The notes under the pieces are model-generated. The model ran no database searches, was not told the origin of the DNA, and saw only the letters and a program-made list of their open reading frames with translations. Positions 59,606-64,000 of a stretch of DNA of 64,000 bases are shown piece after piece (position 1 is the stretch's first letter; each line of letters starts with the position of its first letter). The stretch is from assembly GCA_963761335.1 (NCBI GenBank), contig CAVXGR010000016.1:64001-128000 (forward strand). Reading direction: 5' to 3'. This DNA is from an uncultured delta proteobacterium. Lineage in GTDB: Bacteria; Desulfobacterota; Binatia; HRBIN30; BPIQ01. Position numbers and translations under genes: made by a program.

Positions 59606-60121
59606 ATGACCGAGAGCTCGCTTTCCCTTGGACCCCTGGTCTTCTGGATGATTGCGGCGCTGACCATCGTCTCCGCCGCCGGAGTTGCCTTTTCGAAGAA
59701 TATTGTTTACTCAGCCTTCGCCCTGATGGGGTCGTTCATGGGCATCGCGGGACTGTACGTCTATCTCGCGGCCGACTTTGTCGCGGTGGTGCAAGTGCTG
59801 ATCTACGTGGGGGGGATCCTGGTACTGGTCTTGTTCGCGGTAATGCTGACGCATCGCATTGCCGACGTGCGCGTCTCCAACCGCACCGTCGGCCGCTGGC
59901 CGTCGCTGGGCATCATTGGCGTCATCGGCGGCGTGATGGCGTACGCCGTCCTGCACACCCACTGGCCGACCAAGACTCCCGGAGAGGCGGTGTCCAGCGT
60001 CTCCGCCATCGGCAACGCCTTCCTGGGTGACTATGTGCTGCCTTTCGAGCTGGCCTCGGTGGTGCTGCTGGCGGCGCTGATCGGCGCCGTGGTGCTGTCG
60101 CGCAAGGAGCTGCGTTCGTGA
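59606..60121 (+). CDS. nuoJ: NADH-quinone oxidoreductase subunit J
   Basis: QVLIYVGGILVLVLFAVML; PFELASVVLL. Confidence 0.94.
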   Translation: MTESSLSLGPLVFWMIAALTIVSAAGVAFSKNIVYSAFALMGSFMGIAGLYVYLAADFVAVVQVLIYVGGILVLVLFAVMLTHRIADVRVSNRTVGRWPSLGIIGVIGGVMAYAVLHTHWPTKTPGEAVSSVSAIGNAFLGDYVLPFELASVVLLAALIGAVVLSRKELRS

Positions 60122-60429
60122 GCTCGATCGGGCTGAACCACTTCGTCATCGTCAGCCTCGTCGTCTTTGTGCTCGGCCTCTACTGCGTGCTGACGCGGCG
60201 CAACGCCATCGGCATCCTCATGGGAGTCGAGCTGGTGCTGAACGCCGCCAACATCAATTATCTCGCCTTCGCGCGTTACACCTCGGGAACATATGACGGA
60301 CAGATCTTCGCCATCTTCGTGATCATGCTCGCCGCTGCGGAGGCCGCCATCGGCCTCGCCGTCGTGCTCGGCATCTATCAGACCTTTCAGACGATCGACG
60401 TGGAGGCGACGGAAACACTGCGCGGTTGA
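60118..60429 (+). CDS. nuoK: NADH-quinone oxidoreductase subunit K
   Basis: RRN..ILMGVELVLNAANIN; AAAEAAIGLA. Confidence 0.95.
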   Translation: MSSIGLNHFVIVSLVVFVLGLYCVLTRRNAIGILMGVELVLNAANINYLAFARYTSGTYDGQIFAIFVIMLAAAEAAIGLAVVLGIYQTFQTIDVEATETLRG

Positions 60430-60561
60430 GGACGATCTCGGCCCGGGGCTGCGTGATTGCGGCGGCGGGGAAATTCCAAGCAATCGATATTGGTACCCTC
60501 GCCAGGCCTGGCCCGGAGGGGGGAGTTGGGCGACGATTCGAGCCGATCAGCATAGGGGACC

Positions 60562-62622
60562 ATGGAGCATCCGATAGCCGTTGCGTACGTGCGCTGGATT
60601 GTGCTGCTGCCGCTGATCGGCGCGGCGATCAACGGCGTTGCCGGCGCTGCCATCCAGCGAGCCGCGGGGAAGCGCGCCATCACCGTCATCGCCTGCACCC
60701 CGGTCGCCATCGCCTTCGCTCTCTCCGTGTACGCCTTCGCGCAGCTGCTCGGCCTGCCGGTGGAGCAGCGCCTGCTGCTCGACCATCTCTTCACCTGGCT
60801 CCACATCGGCGGCCTGCGAGCGGAGATGGCCTTCGCCCTCGACCCGCTGTCGTCGGTGATGACCCTGGTGGTCACCGGAGTGGGTGGGATCATCCACGTG
60901 TACTCGGTCGGCTACATGCACGACGACAAGGCGTTCTGGCGCTACTTCGCCTACCTCAACCTCTTCACCGGCGCCATGCTGACGCTGGTGCTCGGCGACA
61001 ATCTCCTGCTGATGTTCGTCGGTTGGGAAGGCGTCGGCCTCTGCTCCTATGCGCTGATCGGCTTCTGGTACACCGACCTGAACAACGCCACCGCCGGCAG
61101 CAAGGCCTTCATCGTCAACCGCATCGGTGACTTCGGCTTCGTGCTCGGCCTCTTCCTGCTCTTCTGGTCGATGTCCGCCGCCGGCCATCCGACCATCACC
61201 TTTCGCGAGCTGGCGGCGCACGCCGGTGTTCTCCAGGGAATGACCTTCTGGGGCATTGCCGTGCCGACGCTGGTGACCTTGCTGTTCTTCGTCGGCGCCA
61301 CCGGCAAGTCGGCGCAGATCCCCCTGTACGTCTGGCTGCCCGACGCCATGGCCGGCCCGACGCCGGTGAGCGCCCTCATCCACGCCGCCACCATGGTCAC
61401 CGCCGGCGTCTACATGATCGGCCGGCTGAACTTCCTCTTCTCGATGTCCCCGGTGACCCTCGGCGTGGTCGCCGTCATCGGCACGCTGACGGCGTTGATC
61501 GCGGCGACCATCGCGCTGACGCAGAACGACATCAAGAAGGTCCTGGCCTACTCGACGGTGAGCCAGCTGGGATACATGTTCCTCGCCATGGGCGTGGGCG
61601 CCTACTCGGCCGGCATCTTTCACCTGGTCACCCACGCCTTCTTCAAGGCCTGTCTGTTCCTCGGCTCCGGCAGCGTCATTCACGCCATGAGCGGCGAGCA
61701 GGACATGCGCAAGATGGGCGGCCTCAAGGAGTCGATGCCGATCACCCATTCGACCTTCCTGGTCGCCACCCTGGCGATCTCGGGTATACCGCCGCTGTCG
61801 GGCTTCTTTTCCAAGGACGAGATCCTCTGGCAGTCGTTTTCGAGCCCGCACGGCAGCTTCGTGCTCTGGTTCGTGGGCACGCTGGTCGCCGGGCTGACGG
61901 CGTTCTACATGTTCCGCCAGGTGTTCATGGTGTTCTACGGCGACTGCCGCGCCGACCATCACACCCGCGAGCACTTGCACGAGTCGCCGCCGGTGATGAC
62001 CTGGCCGCTCATCATCCTCGCCGGCCTGGCGCTGGTGGCCGGCGTCGTCGGTGTGCCGGCGGCGCTCGGCGGCGGCAACCGCTTCGAGACGTTCCTGGAG
62101 CCGGTGCTGGCGGCGCACGCGGTTGCAGGCGCCCACGAGGCGCACTGGCCCTGGGCGCTGGAGATCGGCCTGATGCTGGTGTCGATCGCGGCCGCCGCGA
62201 TGGGTGTCGGCGTCGCCTACCTGGTCTATCACCGGCGCAGCCTGGCCCCGGAGCGCTTCTCGGAGGTGGCCGGCGGCTCAATCTACCGCGTCCTCTACAA
62301 CAAGTACTACGTGGACGAGGTCTATCAGGCGGTCTTCGTCAACGGCACCCTGGTGCTGTCGCGCGCCTGCGCCTGGTTCGACCAGAACGTCATCGACGCC
62401 ATCGTCAACGGCGCCGCGACGGTCACCCGCGGCGTCTCCTGGCTCAACGGCCTCTTCGACAGCTACGTGATCGACGGCCTGGTGAACGGCATGGCGTCGC
62501 TCACGCTCGGTGTCGGAACCCGCTTCCGGCGGCTGCAGACCGGCAGCATCAACGGCTATCTCTACGTGATCGTCATCGGAGTCGTCGGCGTCATGATTGG
62601 GCGGCTCATACTCCAGAGGTAA
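60562..62622 (+). CDS. nuoL: NADH-quinone oxidoreductase subunit L with an extended amphipathic helix
   Basis: GWEGVG, NRIGD, KSAQIPLYVWLPDAMAGPTPVSALIHAATMV, HAFFKA, QTG. Confidence 0.96.
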   Translation: MEHPIAVAYVRWIVLLPLIGAAINGVAGAAIQRAAGKRAITVIACTPVAIAFALSVYAFAQLLGLPVEQRLLLDHLFTWLHIGGLRAEMAFALDPLSSVMTLVVTGVGGIIHVYSVGYMHDDKAFWRYFAYLNLFTGAMLTLVLGDNLLLMFVGWEGVGLCSYALIGFWYTDLNNATAGSKAFIVNRIGDFGFVLGLFLLFWSMSAAGHPTITFRELAAHAGVLQGMTFWGIAVPTLVTLLFFVGATGKSAQIPLYVWLPDAMAGPTPVSALIHAATMVTAGVYMIGRLNFLFSMSPVTLGVVAVIGTLTALIAATIALTQNDIKKVLAYSTVSQLGYMFLAMGVGAYSAGIFHLVTHAFFKACLFLGSGSVIHAMSGEQDMRKMGGLKESMPITHSTFLVATLAISGIPPLSGFFSKDEILWQSFSSPHGSFVLWFVGTLVAGLTAFYMFRQVFMVFYGDCRADHHTREHLHESPPVMTWPLIILAGLALVAGVVGVPAALGGGNRFETFLEPVLAAHAVAGAHEAHWPWALEIGLMLVSIAAAAMGVGVAYLVYHRRSLAPERFSEVAGGSIYRVLYNKYYVDEVYQAVFVNGTLVLSRACAWFDQNVIDAIVNGAATVTRGVSWLNGLFDSYVIDGLVNGMASLTLGVGTRFRRLQTGSINGYLYVIVIGVVGVMIGRLILQR

Positions 62623-62629
62623 GGCGCGC

Positions 62630-64000
62630 ATGGATCACCTGCTCACCTATATGACCTTCATCCCGCTGCTGGGCGCGGCGATCATCCTCTGCCTGCCGCG
62701 GGATGCGCACAGCCTGATCAAGTGGACGGCGGCGGCGGCCACGGTGCCGCCATTGCTGCTGGCGATCTGGCTGTTCATCAACTTCGATCGCTCGGTGCCC
62801 GGCTTCCAGTTCGTCGAGCGCGCCAGCTGGATCCCGCTCGCCAACATCGAGTACCACATGGGCGTCGACGGCATCAGCATCACCATGGTGCTGCTGACGG
62901 CGCTGTTGAGCTTCATCTGTATCTTTGCCTCGTGGGGGATCGACAAGGCGTTGAAGGCCTACTTCGCGCTCTTCCTGCTGCTCGACACCGGTATGATGGG
63001 CGTCTTCTGCGCCCTCGACTTCTTCCTCTTCTTCGTCTTCTGGGAGGTCATGCTGCTGCCGATGTACTTCCTCATCGGCATCTGGGGCGGCCCGCGCCGG
63101 GTCTACGCGGCGATCAAGTTCTTCCTCTACACCCTGGTCGGCAGCGCTCTCATGCTGGTGGTCATGCTGGCGCTGTACTTCTCGGTCACCCCGCACACCT
63201 TCGACATGACCGTGCTGGCGGCCTCGACCGGCTCTTTCCAAAACATCCAGACGCTCTGCTGGATCGGGCTGTTCATCGGCTTCGCCATCAAGATTCCCGC
63301 CTTCCCGTTCCACACCTGGCTGCCCGACGCCCACGTCGAGGCGCCGACGGCGATCTCGGTCATCCTCGCCGGCGTGCTGCTGAAGATGGGTACCTACGGC
63401 ATCCTGCGCGTCAACTACGCCATCTTCCCGGAGGCCACCGCCAACCTGGCTTTCTATTTCCTCGGGGCACTCGGCGCCTGGAACATCGTCTACGGCGCCC
63501 TCTGCGCCATGGCGCAGAAGGACCTGAAGAAGCTGGTCGCCTACTCGTCGATCAGCCACATGGGCTACGTCATGCTCGGCATGGCGTCGCTCACGCCGCA
63601 GGGGATCAACGGCGCCGTCCTGCAGATGTTCAACCACGGCACGGTCACCGCCATGCTGTTCCTGCTCGTCGGCGTCATCTACGACCGCGCCCATCATCGC
63701 CAGATCGAGGGGTTCGGGGGCCTGGCGTCGATCATGCCGGTGTACACCGGAGTGACGGCGCTGGCCTTCTTTGCGGCCCTGGGGCTGCCGGGGCTTTCGG
63801 CGTTCATCTCCGAGGCGCTGGTGCTGATCGGTGCCTGGCAGACGTTCCCGATCCTCACCATCATCGCCGCCAGCGCCGTCATCCTCACTGCCGGATACAT
63901 GCTGTGGACGATGCAGCGCATGTACCTGGGCCCGGCCAACGAGAAGTATCTCAACCTCCCCGAGATCAGCGGCCGCGAGCTCTTCACCCTGGTGCCGCTG
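62630..64000 (+). CDS. nuoM: NADH-quinone oxidoreductase subunit M (runs off the right edge)
   Basis: Manual translation: MDHLLTYMTFIPLLG..., FWEVMLLPMYFLIGIWGG, FPFHTWLPDAHVEAPT, LLKMG, AYSSISHMG. Confidence 0.95.
   Translation, partial: MDHLLTYMTFIPLLGAAIILCLPRDAHSLIKWTAAAATVPPLLLAIWLFINFDRSVPGFQFVERASWIPLANIEYHMGVDGISITMVLLTALLSFICIFASWGIDKALKAYFALFLLLDTGMMGVFCALDFFLFFVFWEVMLLPMYFLIGIWGGPRRVYAAIKFFLYTLVGSALMLVVMLALYFSVTPHTFDMTVLAASTGSFQNIQTLCWIGLFIGFAIKIPAFPFHTWLPDAHVEAPTAISVILAGVLLKMGTYGILRVNYAIFPEATANLAFYFLGALGAWNIVYGALCAMAQKDLKKLVAYSSISHMGYVMLGMASLTPQGINGAVLQMFNHGTVTAMLFLLVGVIYDRAHHRQIEGFGGLASIMPVYTGVTALAFFAALGLPGLSAFISEALVLIGAWQTFPILTIIAASAVILTAGYMLWTMQRMYLGPANEKYLNLPEISGRELFTLVPL

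Noticed and set aside
60426..61130. Extra ORF between nuoK and nuoL
   Set aside because: It overlaps nuoL out of frame and has Arg/Pro-rich shadow composition.

Overview
A high-GC bacterial chromosome segment, mostly core genome. Gene order resembles Deltaproteobacteria-like lineages such as Binatia (inference from synteny only). Left half: gap (partial, -), tolQRAB-pal-cpoB, ribF, RluA-family synthase, rho, rpsB-tsf-pyrH-frr-uppS-cdsA-rseP-tsaB, DUF465-ilvN-ilvC-pssA, a Leu-rich leader and attenuator, leuA-leuB-asd-like-truA, an outer-membrane barrel, recN-nadK, Slp, rarA, MscS. Right half: otsB, a Ycf46-type AAA ATPase, dNK-panBCD with a pan RNA motif, a three-gene aromatic-catabolic operon, an SLT, a small hypothetical, a rhomboid, a crotonase, a betaine/ergothioneine-type ABC transporter divergent from egtD, TonB, a cobalamin riboswitch with a B12 uptake operon, and nuoABCDHIJKLM (truncated). 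I saw no tRNA, rRNA, CRISPR array, IS or prophage. Best leads: (1) a complex I homolog with no nuoEFG whose NuoL helix has a 26-aa tandem duplication, predicting a second NuoM ('2M') beyond the window; (2) a leuA attenuator with two tandem terminators whose shared arms could switch in a cascade; (3) a pan motif built from the last codons of dNK, next to an SD-sequestering hairpin at panB; (4) a lone egtD beside an ABC transporter; (5) a BtuG-like lipoprotein in the B12 operon. All family calls come from motif recognition, not database searches.
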